In this document: piece by piece, positions 25,961-37,539 of the stretch | How positions within the stretch are numbered: position 1 is the stretch's first letter | Layout: every line of letters starts with the position of its first letter | Assembly (NCBI RefSeq): GCF_035084215.1 | Contig: NC_090349.1 | Coordinates: forward strand, 9,052,001-9,116,000 | Reading direction: 5' to 3' | Source: Heptranchias perlo | Taxonomy: Eukaryota | Length of the DNA: 64,000 nt | Notes under the pieces: generated by a model | Seen by the model: the letters and a program-made list of their open reading frames with translations, nothing else | What the model was told of the DNA's origin: nothing | The model's database searches: none | Program-made: the position numbers and the translations under genes

Positions 25961-26829
25961 ATGGTGGTCTGCTTGAGGTGGTCCAAAATGCAGGCAAATA
26001 TATTTGAACAGAAGAATGCTGAGTGTGAACAAAGAAATCTGAGTCTAAGCACTAGGGGCCAAATGTTTGTCTGAGAGAATTGCTTGCTCCGCTGCAAAAA
26101 CTCACCATTTATCCCCATTTGTGAATCACTGGTTTAAATGTCTAAAGGCTGAACTCGCTCTGTTTCCATGGCGTGTTTCAGAGGCCACGGGAGACACGTT
26201 CAGGCAGAGTTAAAATCGTTTGACAGCCTCAATCCCCACAAATTTAATTGATTTAAGTATTTCAACTATCTTAATTCCCCCTTTAAATGTCATTCCACCA
26301 GTAATTACCGGAGGGACTTCCGGGTTTCCGAAGCGTGCTCCCAGATGCGTCTGGGTGCAACTCATTTTTCTGCGCGTTGGAGCCGGGACTTGTTCTTGCT
26401 CCAAACTTTTAAAGTTTTTACTACCCACCCTCCCAACCCACCCGTTCTTCGGGGTTAAAATCATGCTCCTAGGAGACATCGAAGTGAGAGGGATAACATG
26501 GATGAGACACAAAGATCGGGGCGGCAGAGGACTCACCATGAGTAAGGATACTGGGGATCTATTAGTAGTTTTGAAAAGTGATAATACGATACTTTGCTCT
26601 ACAGAAAGTCGTGCTCGAGGGTTACTTTTACCAAAGTAATTTTATTGTGTGGAAGCTTTCTTTCAAATTTGCCCTAGAGGCGAAAAATCCTCGTGTGAAA
26701 ATTACGAACTCCGTTAAGAAGCGATGTGTACGTGAAAGTTGAAGGTTCTGTGTACAGCGTAAAGGCACAAGATGTGCGGAATATTCTAAACATGTTAACA
26801 GTACTGATAGATGTGCAGTGGGTTAGAAT

Positions 26830-27633
26830 GAGACTTTGTAAGAATCAAGTGATGCATTTTGGAAGGACGAATGAAGAGAGGCAATACAAATTTAATAGTA
26901 CCATTTTAAATGGGGTGCAGGGACAGAGGGACCTGGGAGTTCACATACACAAATCTTTGATGGTGGATGACAAGTTGACGAGGCTGTGAGAAAAACAGAC
27001 GGGATCCATGGCTTTATAAATAAAGACATATAATACAAAAGCAAGGAAGTTATGCTAAACCTTTATAAAACATTGGATAGGCCTCAGCTGGAGTATTGTG
27101 CCCAATTCTGGGCACCACAATTTAGGAAGGATGTCAAGGCCTTGTAGAGGGTGCAGAGGAGATTTACTAGAATGGTACCAGGGATGGGAGACTTCAGTTA
27201 TGTGGAGAGACTCGAGAAGCTGGTGTTGATCTCCTCAGAGCAGAGAAGGTTAAGGAGATATTTAATTGTGGTGCGCAAAGTTATGAAGGTCTTTGAAAAC
27301 GTAGATAGGGAGAAATTGTTTCCACTGGCAAGAGGGTCGGTAACCAGAGAACACATATTTAAGATAATTGGCAAAAGAACCAGGAGAGTGATGAGGAGAA
27401 TTCTTTTATTCGGGGAGTTGTTATGATCTGGAATGTTGCCTGAAAGGGTGGTGGAAGCAACTTTACGAGTAGCTTTTAAAAGGGAATTGGGTATATACTT
27501 GAAAAGGTCAATTTTGCAGGGCTATGGGGAAAGGGCAGGGGAGTGGGACTAATTGGTTAGCTCTTTCAAAGAGCTGGCACAGGCACGATGAACCGAATAG
27601 CCTCCTTCTGTGCAGTATGAGTCTATGATTCTA
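26830..27633 (+). mobile_element. 5'-truncated CR1 LINE ending about 130 bp upstream of the cluster 1 promoter
   Basis: VMHFGR, DLGVHIHKSL and QRRFTRMVPG. Tail TATGAGTCTATGATTCTA. Confidence 0.9.
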
Positions 27634-27762
27634 ACCCTATTTACCAGGTAAATGACTTCTGAGCATTGATAGAGTGAGCCCCGCGAGAGTACTAAAGTTT
27701 GTACAGACAGAAATATCTAATTCCTTGTATTTTCTGACAGTTGAAGAAAATTTGAGACTCTG

Positions 27763-27840
27763 ATTGGCTGAGATGAGAAGACTAATCTGCATCCCTACGC
27801 AGATCTTGGCAACGCCTTCATGGTGATACGGTTGATAAAA
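27763..27840 (+). promoter_or_regulatory. IgL V promoter, cluster 1 (inverted CCAAT, variant octamer ATCTGCAT, GATAAAA)
   Basis: ATTGG at 27763, ATCTGCAT at 27785-27792 (same 22-bp offset as in cluster 2), CGGTTGATAAAA at about 27829-27840. Confidence 0.8.
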
Positions 27841-27905
27841 AGAGTTAGAGAGACAGATAGCTGACCCACCTTGTCAAGTAACCGTCAGTACTTGGGAGCC
27901 TCGCC

Positions 27906-27954
27906 ATGTCTGACTGGATCCATGTTGTCACTGTTCTCATACTTTGCGTGGCAT
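27906..27954 (+). pseudogene. IgL leader exon, cluster 1 (MSDWIHVVTVLILCVA)
   Basis: GCC-ATG start, 49-nt phase-1 exon and GTAAGT donor. Homologous to the leader at 52543. Confidence 0.92.
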
Positions 27955-28099
27955 GTAAGTATTTTGATACGTTTAATTACTGTAAAGGCGTCTTTGTGAA
28001 GAATATTCTGGTACTGATTGAAGTGAATTGAAATCCACTACATTACAATAATTAATCAGCTACACTTGTAGTAATATTTTTGATGCCGTTTTCTTTCAG

Positions 28100-28649
28100 A
28101 TTTTAGCGCGCAGGTGCCTGACGTAAGTGGTCATCATTCACTTGTGTCAATAGACAGTGAGTTTCGGCACGATATTTGATGTGATGGGGATACATAACCA
28201 GTGAACTTGATCTTGTCACTACCGGAGGTCCATACTGTGTGTTTCCAAGGGAGGTCCCCCTACCGCGATTAGGATTAGAGGTCCTTACTGACTTTCCAGC
28301 TCAATGGCACAGATTTTCTTTCAGATTTAACCGCCTTCGAAATCGACTTCCCTCGGAGGAAGCGTCCAAATGGGTTGTACCTCGTCTGATGGACTTTAGG
28401 AAGCAGCAACATATATTGGTACCAGCAGAAATCTGGAAATGCTCCGACGTATCTGTTGTATCACTATGTTGGAAGCAGCACCAACAGAGCCTCGGGTGTT
28501 CCAGACGGCTTCTCTGGCTCGGTATCGGGCAACACGGGAACTTTAAGCATCAGTAAAGTTGAATCGGAGGATGCCGCGGACTATTACTGTGCTTAAGTGG
28601 AGCACCAACCGGTACATCTTCGGTAAAAGGGCCAAGTTGAGTGTTGGCA
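28100..28649 (+). pseudogene. Germline-joined IgL lambda-type VJ pseudo-exon, cluster 1
   Basis: Acceptor TTTTCTTTCAG, then FSA-QV, an insert, PPSKSTSLGRSVQMGC, (-1) [22 protein letters not shown]...[28 protein letters not shown], (+1, TAA at 28594) KWSTNRYIFGKRAKLSVG and a GTAAGT donor. No RSS between V and J. Confidence 0.93.
28111..28313. repeat. Inverted repeat, left arm (templated insertion in V FR1)
   Basis: 203 bp, reverse complement of 28927-29129, with one mismatch seen (ATAACCAGTG vs ATAACGAGTG). Confidence 0.95.
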
Positions 28650-28926
28650 GTAAGTAAAAATCTTTCTGTTATATAGTTCAAAACTTTGTTCAGATTAAGA
28701 GCAAAATACTGTAAGCGTAGTGGTATTTTGTTTTGAACCAATTTCCATTTCCTTTTAACAATGAAACTATCGAGTCAATTTAAATGGCACAGGGCTTCCC
28801 TGTTACCGAATGTGGAACAGAGTCTTCCAGTTCCGTAAGGTCTTCGGGGTCTATGAGTTCAGGGTGGATTCTTGGTCTGTGTTGAGCTACTTTATCTCAG
28901 CCACAATGGCAACTGGCCTCAGAATC

Positions 28927-29129
28927 TCTGTGCCATTGAGCTGGAAAGTCAGTAAGGACCTCTAATCCTAATCGCGGTAGGGGGACCTCCCTTGGAAACA
29001 CACAGTATGGACCTCCGGTAGTGACAAGATCAAGTTCACTCGTTATGTATCCCCATCACATCAAATATCGTGCCGAAACTCACTGTCTATTGACACAAGT
29101 GAATGATGACCACTTACGTCAGGCACCTG
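28927..29129. repeat. Inverted repeat, right arm (source sequence in the J-C intron, within an old SINE-like repeat)
   Basis: Reverse complement of 28111-28313. A diverged homologous repeat lies at the equivalent intron position in cluster 2 (about 53300-53540). Confidence 0.93.
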
Positions 29130-29957
29130 AGATGTTGGAGGCAGCGGAAAATAACCCCGCATAAATTCGCCCCTCAGAACAGGAGGAGCAATGGAAGGTC
29201 AGAAAAAATTGTGGTAAATCTAGCCTCCAACGCACGACATTCTCAGCTCCCTATTGGAATTTTGCCTGAAGCTATTGTACTGAATGTAACGGCTCCGAAT
29301 TACAACTAAAGTTCAGTCAGAATGCTGATTTGACCTGAGCGCGGGTGGTGAATGGATACACGGAAACTCTAATTTATTGCGTATTGGCCATTGTGGCACA
29401 CCACAATACAAGGGTTTGAGTTAACAAAGCTAACCAGGCATACGGCATAAATAGTTAGCTGCGTTCAATAATTTATATTTAGGTTGATGCAGGTTTTGTG
29501 TTTAATTGGCGTGTTACTCATTTTCTGGTCTTTTCTGCAATTATATCCGACAGGCAAAAAAAAATGGACAACTTTCAATTCAGTGCAGAGTCCTGTAAAA
29601 ACCTTAAAGTAAAACTAACGTGAGTTTGAATGAGATCAGCGACGCTGTTAAATTCGTTTTATTGTGCTTGAACTATTCACAATAGCAGATTGTCCTGTTT
29701 ACAGACGGAAGCCTCCTGTTAGTTCTGCTGTTGAAATCTGATCTGAGTTGTTGGTTATTTCGATGTACAGGCTAGTAATCAGATAACTGAGAATACTGCT
29801 CAACGTAACTGTTTCGCTAAATTAATAGTGTTGTGCACATCAATTCGTTATATCTTCGGATTTAATGCTGGGAGGAAACTCGCCCATTATCTTTGAGCGC
29901 CAATGCTTGCTTAGACATAAATATAAACATTCTATAGAAGTAGCGTGAGCACGCATT

Positions 29958-30105
29958 GGGGTAGACCTTGACTTTACGGGTGATAGCAAGTTGGCAGCCT
30001 GTTTTACATCTCTCCCGATTTCTATTCCCATTGACTTCAATGTAAAATGGGCTACCGATTCGTTATCAGCCCTTCTACACTAACGCACAAATTCAAGATC
30101 TACCC
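29958..30105. mobile_element. Palindromic MITE
   Basis: Termini GGGGTAGACCTTGAC ... TTCAAGATCTACCC. Same family as 51255 and 55358. Confidence 0.8.
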
Positions 30106-30169
30106 TATTACACATTACAAGTCGCACAAGATTAAATGAAAAAAATTGATAAGAACGAATAGTTTAATT

Positions 30170-30480
30170 TATTTAGCGTCTAGTCTCCGAAACGTCCCAG
30201 AACAGCTGCAAAAGTAATTTTTGTTAGTAAGCCCCGCAGCCATTCCGCGCGACCGATTTCCCACAAACAGCAATGTGGCGAATCACTAGTTAATCTGCTT
30301 TTACTCAACGAGGTCTGTCGGTCAGGACTTTGTCCAATATTGCAATAGGATATTTTATCCGAAGGATTTCACAGCCGAGTGTGGAATGCCAGCCTAGATT
30401 GCGCGCGCAGCTCCTGGTGTGGGGTTTAAACCTTCCGACTCCAGAGATGAGAATCCCACCGAGTCCACCGACCTGGCCAA
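30170..30480 (-). mobile_element. Degenerate SINE (same family as 17270-17668)
   Basis: ATTTATTTAGCG, CCCACAAACAGCAATGTG..AGTTAATCTG and GGGGTTTAAACC. Confidence 0.55.
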
Positions 30481-30838
30481 GGGCAGCTTCACTGTTCTGG
30501 GTTATAAATTAGTTCACCAGTAATTACTGACCGCACGCTTGTTATAAGGCAGATGAACGTTTCGTCACATCTCCAAGCATTAGAACAAATTGAAAATAAG
30601 TTAAGTATTTTTAATTCGAAGTGTTGTCAGGAGCGCTGCAAGTCAATGTTGAAACGCAGAGGCAATATATGACCGCGTTATAGTCAGCAATATAGTGAAA
30701 GCAAGGCTGTCTTTTTATAACATTCAGTGTTGGCAATAGAAAGTATCAGAAACATATATTGTTATATTTTCTGTAAACTTGGACTGACGCAAAGTGTCAA
30801 CGCCACTCAGCCGCTAAAATCAAACTTCCCTTTTTCAG

Positions 30839-32777
30839 ATGCAAAAGTTCCATCCGCCTCCGTCTTTCCGCCTTCGTCGGAAGAAATTGTATCAAAGAAC
30901 AAGACGACCCTGGTGTGTTTGGTGAACGGTTTTATCCTGGGCGCTGTGGAGATTGAGTGGACTGTAGATGGCAGAGTGAGAGGTATGGTGTTGAGACCAA
31001 TCGGATCCAGCAGGAGACGGACAACACGTTTAGTGCGAGCAGTTTATCCATCTCGGCCTCCTCCCGATATCCCTACCATCACAGAAGCCAGTCTTCAGAC
31101 AATTCGATTCACTCCACGTGATATCAAGAAACGGCTGAGTGCACTGGATACAGCAAAGGCTATGAGACCCGACAACATCCTGGCTGTAGTGCTGAAGACT
31201 TCTGCTCCAGAACTAGCCGCACCTCTAGCCAAACTGTTTCAGTGCAGCTAAAACACTGGCATCTACCCTACAATGTGAAAAATTGCCCAGGTATGTTCTG
31301 TCCAACTCGATCTGGCCAATTGCCGCCCCATCAGTCTACTCTCAATCATCAGCAAAGTGATGGAAGGTGTCGTTGACAGTGCTATCAAACGGCACTTACT
31401 CACCAATAACCTGTTCACCAATGCTCAGTTTGGGTTCCGCCAGGACCACTCGGCTCCAGACCTCATTTCAGCCTTGGTCCAAACATGGACAAAAGAGCTG
31501 AATTCCAGAGGTGAGGCGAGAGTGACTGCCCTTGACATCAAGGCAGCATTTGATCGAGTGTGGCACCAAGGAGCCCTAGTAAAATTGAATCAATGGGAAA
31601 AAGGGGGAAAACTCTCCAGTGGTTGGAGTCATACCTAGCACAAAGGAAGATGGTAGTGGTTGTTGGAGGCCAATCATCTCAGCCCCAGGACATTGCTGCA
31701 GGAGTTCCTCAGGGCACTGTCCTAAGCCCAACCATCTTCAGCTGCTTCATCAATGAACTTCCCTCCATCAGAAGGTCAGAAATGGGGATGTTTGCTGACG
31801 ATTGCACAGTGTTCAGTTCCATTCGCAACCCCTCTGGTAATGAAGCAGTCGTGCCCGCATGCAGCAAGACCTGGACAACAGAGGCTTGAGCTGATAAGTG
31901 GCAAGTAACATTTGTGCCAGACAAGTACCGGGCAATGACCATCTCCAACAAGAGAGTCTACCCACGTCCCTTTGACATTCAACGGCATTACCATCGCTGA
32001 ATCTCCCACTATGAACATCCTGGTGGTCACCATTGACCAGAAACTTAACTGGACCAGTCACATAAATACTGTGGCTACAATAGCAGGTCAGAAGCTGAGT
32101 ATTCTGCGGCGAGTGACTCATCTCCTGACTCTCCAAAGCCTTTCCATCATCTACAAGGCACAAGTCAGGAGTGTGATAGAGTACTCTCCACTTGTCTGGA
32201 TGAGTGCAGCTCCAACAACACTCAAGAAGCTTGACACCATCCAGGACAAAGCAGCCCGCTTGATTGGCACCCCATCCACCACCCTAAACATTCACTCCTT
32301 TCACCACCGGCGCACTGTGGCTGCAGTGTATACCATCCACAGGATGCACTGCAGCAACTTGCCAAAGCTTCTTCGACAGCACCTCCCAAACCCGCGACCT
32401 GTACCACCTAGAAGGACAAGGGCAGCAGGCACACGGGAACAACACCACCTGCACGTTCCCCTCCAAGTCACACACCATCCCAACTTGGAAATATATCGCC
32501 GTTCTTTCATGGTCGCTGGATCAAAATCCTGGAACTCCCTACTGTGGGAGAATCTTCATCACACGGTTCAAGAAGGCAGCTCACCACCACCTTCTCAAGG
32601 GCAATTAGGGATGGGCAATAAATGCTGGCCGTGTCAGCGACGCCCAGATCCCATGAACGGATAAAAAGTTATCTGACTCTGGCAGCCTCAGAGTGGAACT
32701 CACACGAGATTTATTCCTGTGTAGTTAAACAGGTAAATCCGTTTCAAAAAAGTATCGCGGGATCCAGCTGTATATGA
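30839..32777 (+). pseudogene. IgL lambda-type constant exon pseudogene, cluster 1, split by a LINE
   Basis: After TTTTTCAG it reads AKVPSASVFPPSSEEIVSKNKTTLVCLVNGF..VEIEWTVDG, then a 1-nt deletion. It resumes at 32667 as SYLTLAASEWNSHEIYSCVVKQ (9-nt deletion) ...SSCI*. Confidence 0.93.
31046..32666 (+). mobile_element. 5'-truncated LINE family B inserted in the C exon
   Basis: RT motifs as at 319-1873. Flanked by the duplicated target AGTT(T)ATC / AGTTATC. Confidence 0.93.
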
Positions 32778-33082
32778 TTTCGCAATCCTAACTTGACCGA
32801 GTTGGGAAAGTTTTTTTTATTCCCATTCAATTCTTTCATGTAACAAAAAGGGTAAAACTTTATTGCATTTCGGTGATTTAAGAAAAATAACCATTGCGGT
32901 TCGAACTTCGACTTTCAAGACCTGCTAATTTTAAATGCTCTTCGATCAAAAGATTGTCGGTGTTAATTGGACCTTCATTAATCCCCGTTACATACATCCA
33001 TAAACGTACATTAAAAGGCAACAATATGCTTTTTGCATCCTAAGTATTTGCATACTGCTAATCAATTCTAATATAACTATTG

Positions 33083-33088
33083 AATAAA
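33083..33088 (+). terminator. Polyadenylation signal, cluster 1
   Basis: AATAAA about 305 nt after the C stop, at the same position as in cluster 2. Confidence 0.7.
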
Positions 33089-34299
33089 ATTATTGATACA
33101 ATCTCAAATGCAAAATGATTTTCCGTGCCTTTTATTTCTGTTATAAGGAAGTCAAATCTATAATGCAAGTGTCATCAGGATTTATTGTATTTCGGTGAAT
33201 TAAAGCTCACGTAATAAAGAGTGTGCAAAGTTATCTAAAAACAAAGCAATGTGTGACTGATGTGTCGGTAATGCAGCACACACACACACTGGCGCGCGCA
33301 TGAGCGAGCCCACACACACGCAGGTGAACTTGAAGGCTTATTGTCGGTATTTCAAAACTCATAGGGGGGGAAATTGGTTTTGGGCGAATGCGCAAAATGG
33401 GCGATAGCAAATTTTACCATGCAGCCCGATTCTCTTTTTCATTTACTTTAAGAGACCAATTTCATCCTCATAATTTAACTTAATGGGATAGATTTTCATC
33501 TTTCCGCCCTCAATAAAGCAGTAGATCAGCCGCAGGTTTTGCAGCCGCTTGATTTTCATTTCCACTGAAACCAATGGGACTAAATCGGGCGGTGTCGAGA
33601 ACTGGCAAGATCTACAACTCTCTAAGGGCAAGTTGAAACTATACCTGGTAGTGTTCACTAATGTCCAAATAAGTATAGACAAAGTCAACGACAACTTGCA
33701 TTTATATAACGCTATTAGCGTAACGTAGGCGTCACTCGGAAGCTACGGATGGAAATATTGGGATAGATATTAGTCTGGGCCAGTTTTCGGGACTCCCGAA
33801 TTTGGGTCCTGGGCTTCATCTACCTCTTCGGGGATGCCTCACCTATCGCGCATCCATAGGCAGTTCACTCCACGAGAGAAATTAATTTCGTAGATTCCCA
33901 GAGGGGCTTGCATTGGTCAATAGCGGCGGGGGGGGGGGGGGGTCGCCAGGTCTGTGGATTCAGGGGAAGCACTCCTGCTTATCCTGGCTACAGAGAAAAT
34001 CCATATAATTTGAAACTTCCATTTAGTTGGTCGCAGCAAGGACTGCTGAAGAACCCTGAGCTGAGTATGCTGGACACCTGCCCCGCTCATCGGAAACACA
34101 TTTTGTAGAGGGATCCTCCAACAGGCATTAGGCACCTTATTAACATATTCAAAGCGTCGAACGACTGTTAAAAATGGAGCCAAAAAGTTTAGCAGTGGGA
34201 TCAACGCCTGTTCAGCTTGGGCATAGTCTGTCACTGATAAATTGGTAAGCTTTGTACCGACTTTACGTCCAGACAACAGGCGCAACGCATACCAATTTC

Positions 34300-35760
34300 T
34301 ATCCCGTTTGGAGGGGTGACCAGAAGCTTGGTCAGAAGTGGGATTTAAGGACGGTCTTAAAAAAGGAGAGACAGGTGGAGAGATTAAGGGAGTGAATTCC
34401 AGACGATAGGGCCTAAATGGCTGAAGGCACTGCTCCCATTGATGGAAGGGAGGGAATGGGGGATGCACAAAAGGCCCGGAGACTTGCGGAATGCTCGGAT
34501 AGTTACAGGAAGTTATAGAGATACCACGAAGACAGGCCATGAAGGGATTTAAACATGTGGGCGAGAAGTTTAAATTTGAGGCATCCGGTGACCAGAGAGT
34601 GAGCACTGGCGTAATGGGTGAACGGAACTTAATGCAGAGTTTTCGATGGACTGAAGTTTATGGAGGTGGAGGATGTGCGGCTGAGCAGAAAAGCATTGAA
34701 ATAGTCGAGTCTGCAGGTGACGAAGACATGGATGAGGGCTCCAGCAGCAGATAGGCTGAGGCAGGGGTGGAGGTCGGTGGTTTTACAGAGGTAGAGGCAG
34801 CTGTCTTTGTGATGGAGAGAATATGTGATCAGAAGCTTAGTTCCAATTCAAAAAGTTCGCTGAAGTTTCACACAGGCTGGTTCAACCTGAGACCAGGGAG
34901 AGGTGGAATCGGTTGGGAGCGTACAGATTTTGTGGTAGGGGCTGAAGACAATAGATTTGGGCTTGCTGTTGTTTAATTGGAGGAAATTGTGGCTCATGCA
35001 GGACCGGATTAAAACAAGCAGTCTGACAATGCAGAGCCAGCGCAAGCGTTGAGATAGGTGCTAGGGGGGTAGAGCAGGGTGCAGCAAGTGTACACGTGGA
35101 ACCTGAATCCATGTCTTCAGCTAATGTCACCAAGCAGCAGCATGTCGATGAGGAAGAGGAGGGCACCAAATACAGATCCTTGGGGGCCTCCAGCGGTAGG
35201 ATGGGAGTGGGAAGAGAATCCATTGATGGAGATGTTCTGGCTATGATTGGATAGATAAAAGTGGAACCAAGGGAAGGCAGTCCCACCTCGGTGAAAATCA
35301 TAGGAGAGGCATTGGAGGAGGATGGCGTGGTCAACCGTGTCAAAGGATGCTGAGAGGTCGAGAAGAAGGAGTAGGGTTTCTGAACCACGGTTACAGTCAA
35401 AGAGGATGTCATTTGTGACTTTAATTAGGGTTGTTATAGTGTTGTGGCTGGGGTGCAAATCTGAATGCAGAGGTAGATTGTAGTGCTTGAGGAGAGGTAA
35501 CCATTAACAATGTTAGCTAGCGTGGGACTTGAATGGGAGTTGGGTGGTCAGCAGTTTAGTAAGAATGTGCGAAGGGAGCAGAATATAGGTCTCATGGGCA
35601 AGGTGAGCTTGGAGAAGTAATGAGGGGAAACAGGCGAGAAACTAGAGGAATATATGATTTCAGGGCTAGGACAGAGCGGAAGGTGAAAGCAGTCGAGACC
35701 GCTGAACGGATGGTTTAAGTGTTAATGACACAGAAGTCCATGAGCTCCTCACACTAGTCA
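34300..35760 (-). mobile_element. L2 LINE fragment
   Basis: [39 protein letters not shown] and NFLQLNNSK. Confidence 0.88.
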
Positions 35761-35789
35761 AAGGTAAATTAATAAATAAATATGTTTAT

Positions 35790-36662
35790 TTGAATTAAGT
35801 CGCAGAAACAATTACTCAGGGGTCTGAAAAGCTGAATCTGAGGATTCTTGAGGAAATAAGGGAGGAAATTGCAGAAAGTCCAGCACAAATCTTCCAGAAA
35901 TCACTGAATAGTGGAACGGTGCATGGGGACTGGAGAAAGGCAGAAGTTTTTAAGAAGTTAGAAAATATGACGAAGGGAACTACAGGCCAATGAGTTAGAC
36001 GCCCATTGTGGGCAAAGTTATAAAAACCCTTATTAAACATGCGATCATGGAGCATCTGGATAGAACTAAAATGATAGAAGGTAGCCAATATGGCTTCATG
36101 GAGTGGAGGTGTTACCAATCTATTACTGTTTTTCTTTGAGGGTGTGATAAAGGAGCTTGACAGGGGTAAGGCAGTCGACGCAGTGTACTTGGATTTCAGT
36201 ACGGCCTTTCATACAGTTTCTCTGAAAATAAAGAATGCAGGAATCAGTGGAAATATTTTACAATGGATACGTATTTGGTCGATCGATAAATCCCGGAGGG
36301 CGGTAATACAGGGACTGTCATTAGCCTGGGAGAATGTTACCAGTGGAATCACGAGTAATGTTTAAATTTGTAGATTATACAAAGCTAATTAAAGTGGTAG
36401 ACTCCAAAGCTGAAGAGGATAAGATACACGAGGATTTGAATATATTTGCGAAGAGGTGACAGATGAAATTCAATGTAAAGAAATGCAAAGTGCTTCATAC
36501 AGGAACAAAAAAAATCCAGGAAAGCACTATTACTTAAATGGTCTAATTGTTCGAGATTGATTGCTATGATTAGTCAACTACTCGATTAGCATTGATTTTG
36601 CGAGGATGGTCGGAGAACTAGATGGACCGTGGTCTTTTTTCGTCTATCAATTCCTATGTTCC
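35790..36662 (+). mobile_element. Degenerate, internally deleted CR1 fragment
   Basis: RILEEIREEIAE, AVDAVYLDFSTAF and a TTCCTATGTTCCTA tail. Confidence 0.75.
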
Positions 36663-37539
36663 TAAAGGCGAATTAATAAAGAAGCTATAATTACAACAGG
36701 TAATGAGGAAATATTCAAAAAAGAAATGATAAAAAAGGAATGACCAGCAAGAAAAACAAATTCCAAAACGAAAGGCGGTGGGAAGCGATAACTAGCAGGA
36801 GATGTCATCGATGCCGAAGGTCAAAAACAAAAAAATATATTACCGATGGGAAGGTAGGGAGCAAGAACACGAACGGAGAGCTAAAGCAAACGAGTGGAAA
36901 TACGGAACGCAACAAAAAAACAAAGATTGATGATTGACACAGGAAAATGGAAAGATCGATAGATTGTTTAAAAACCTAGAGAGCAGATTATAAATCTGAT
37001 TTTCCAAGGAGAGGTGGTAATTGTGGAAAAGAAATCCCATAGGAAGCCGAAGGTCCTAACAAAATTGAAGAATCCGATCTGACAAAGCTCAAACAGTTAA
37101 GTTATCTTGTAGCCTTTTATGTCCATTGATAGCATGCTAAGTGACCTTGTCAAGCTGATGAAGAACGTGGAGAAGGAGATGAGCAACTATTTAAGGAGGT
37201 TCAAATGATTGAGCAAGTTGCCAAGCAGAATTCACATATTACCAGATTCTGGTTTTAGAATGGAGAAACTGGGAGAATATGTAAATTGGTATATGGTACG
37301 ACATGGCGATGGACGCCACAAGACTGGAGATCTGGTGGGGAAAGGCATCTTCTTGAACAAATTAGCCCATATTCTCGAAAAAGATTTCTTGGACACCCAC
37401 AAGAAGGACAGGACTGAAGTTTCCCTAATAGAATGATTGTTTGCCGTTTCTAAGGCTCTGTCGGACGGGTACAGTGGTGTAGTGGTTATGTTTCTAGATT
37501 AGCATCCCAAAGGCCTAGACTACTAATCCAGAGAATGGT

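Larger units (their letters stand above)
22511..26469. mobile_element. PIF/Harbinger DNA transposon 2 (convergent Myb/SANT and transposase genes, degenerate)
   Basis: Both Harbinger genes are present. Putative right terminus CGGGGTTAAAATCATGCTCC at about 26450-26469. The left end abuts the CR1. Confidence 0.8.

Noticed and set aside
28111-29129. A TIR transposon that captured the VJ exon
   Set aside because: No TSD, one arm interrupts the V coding sequence, and the other is part of an ancestral intronic repeat. Templated insertion fits better.
30727-31251. 174-aa ORF as a novel Ig-C/RT fusion protein
   Set aside because: Produced by a frameshift in the pseudo-C exon reading into the inserted LINE. 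It stops early and the upstream V is broken.
33046-33053. Octamer ATTTGCAT in the C1 3'UTR (also one at about 4065)
   Set aside because: Not conserved in the C2 UTR (ATTTGCTT). The other lies inside a LINE relic.
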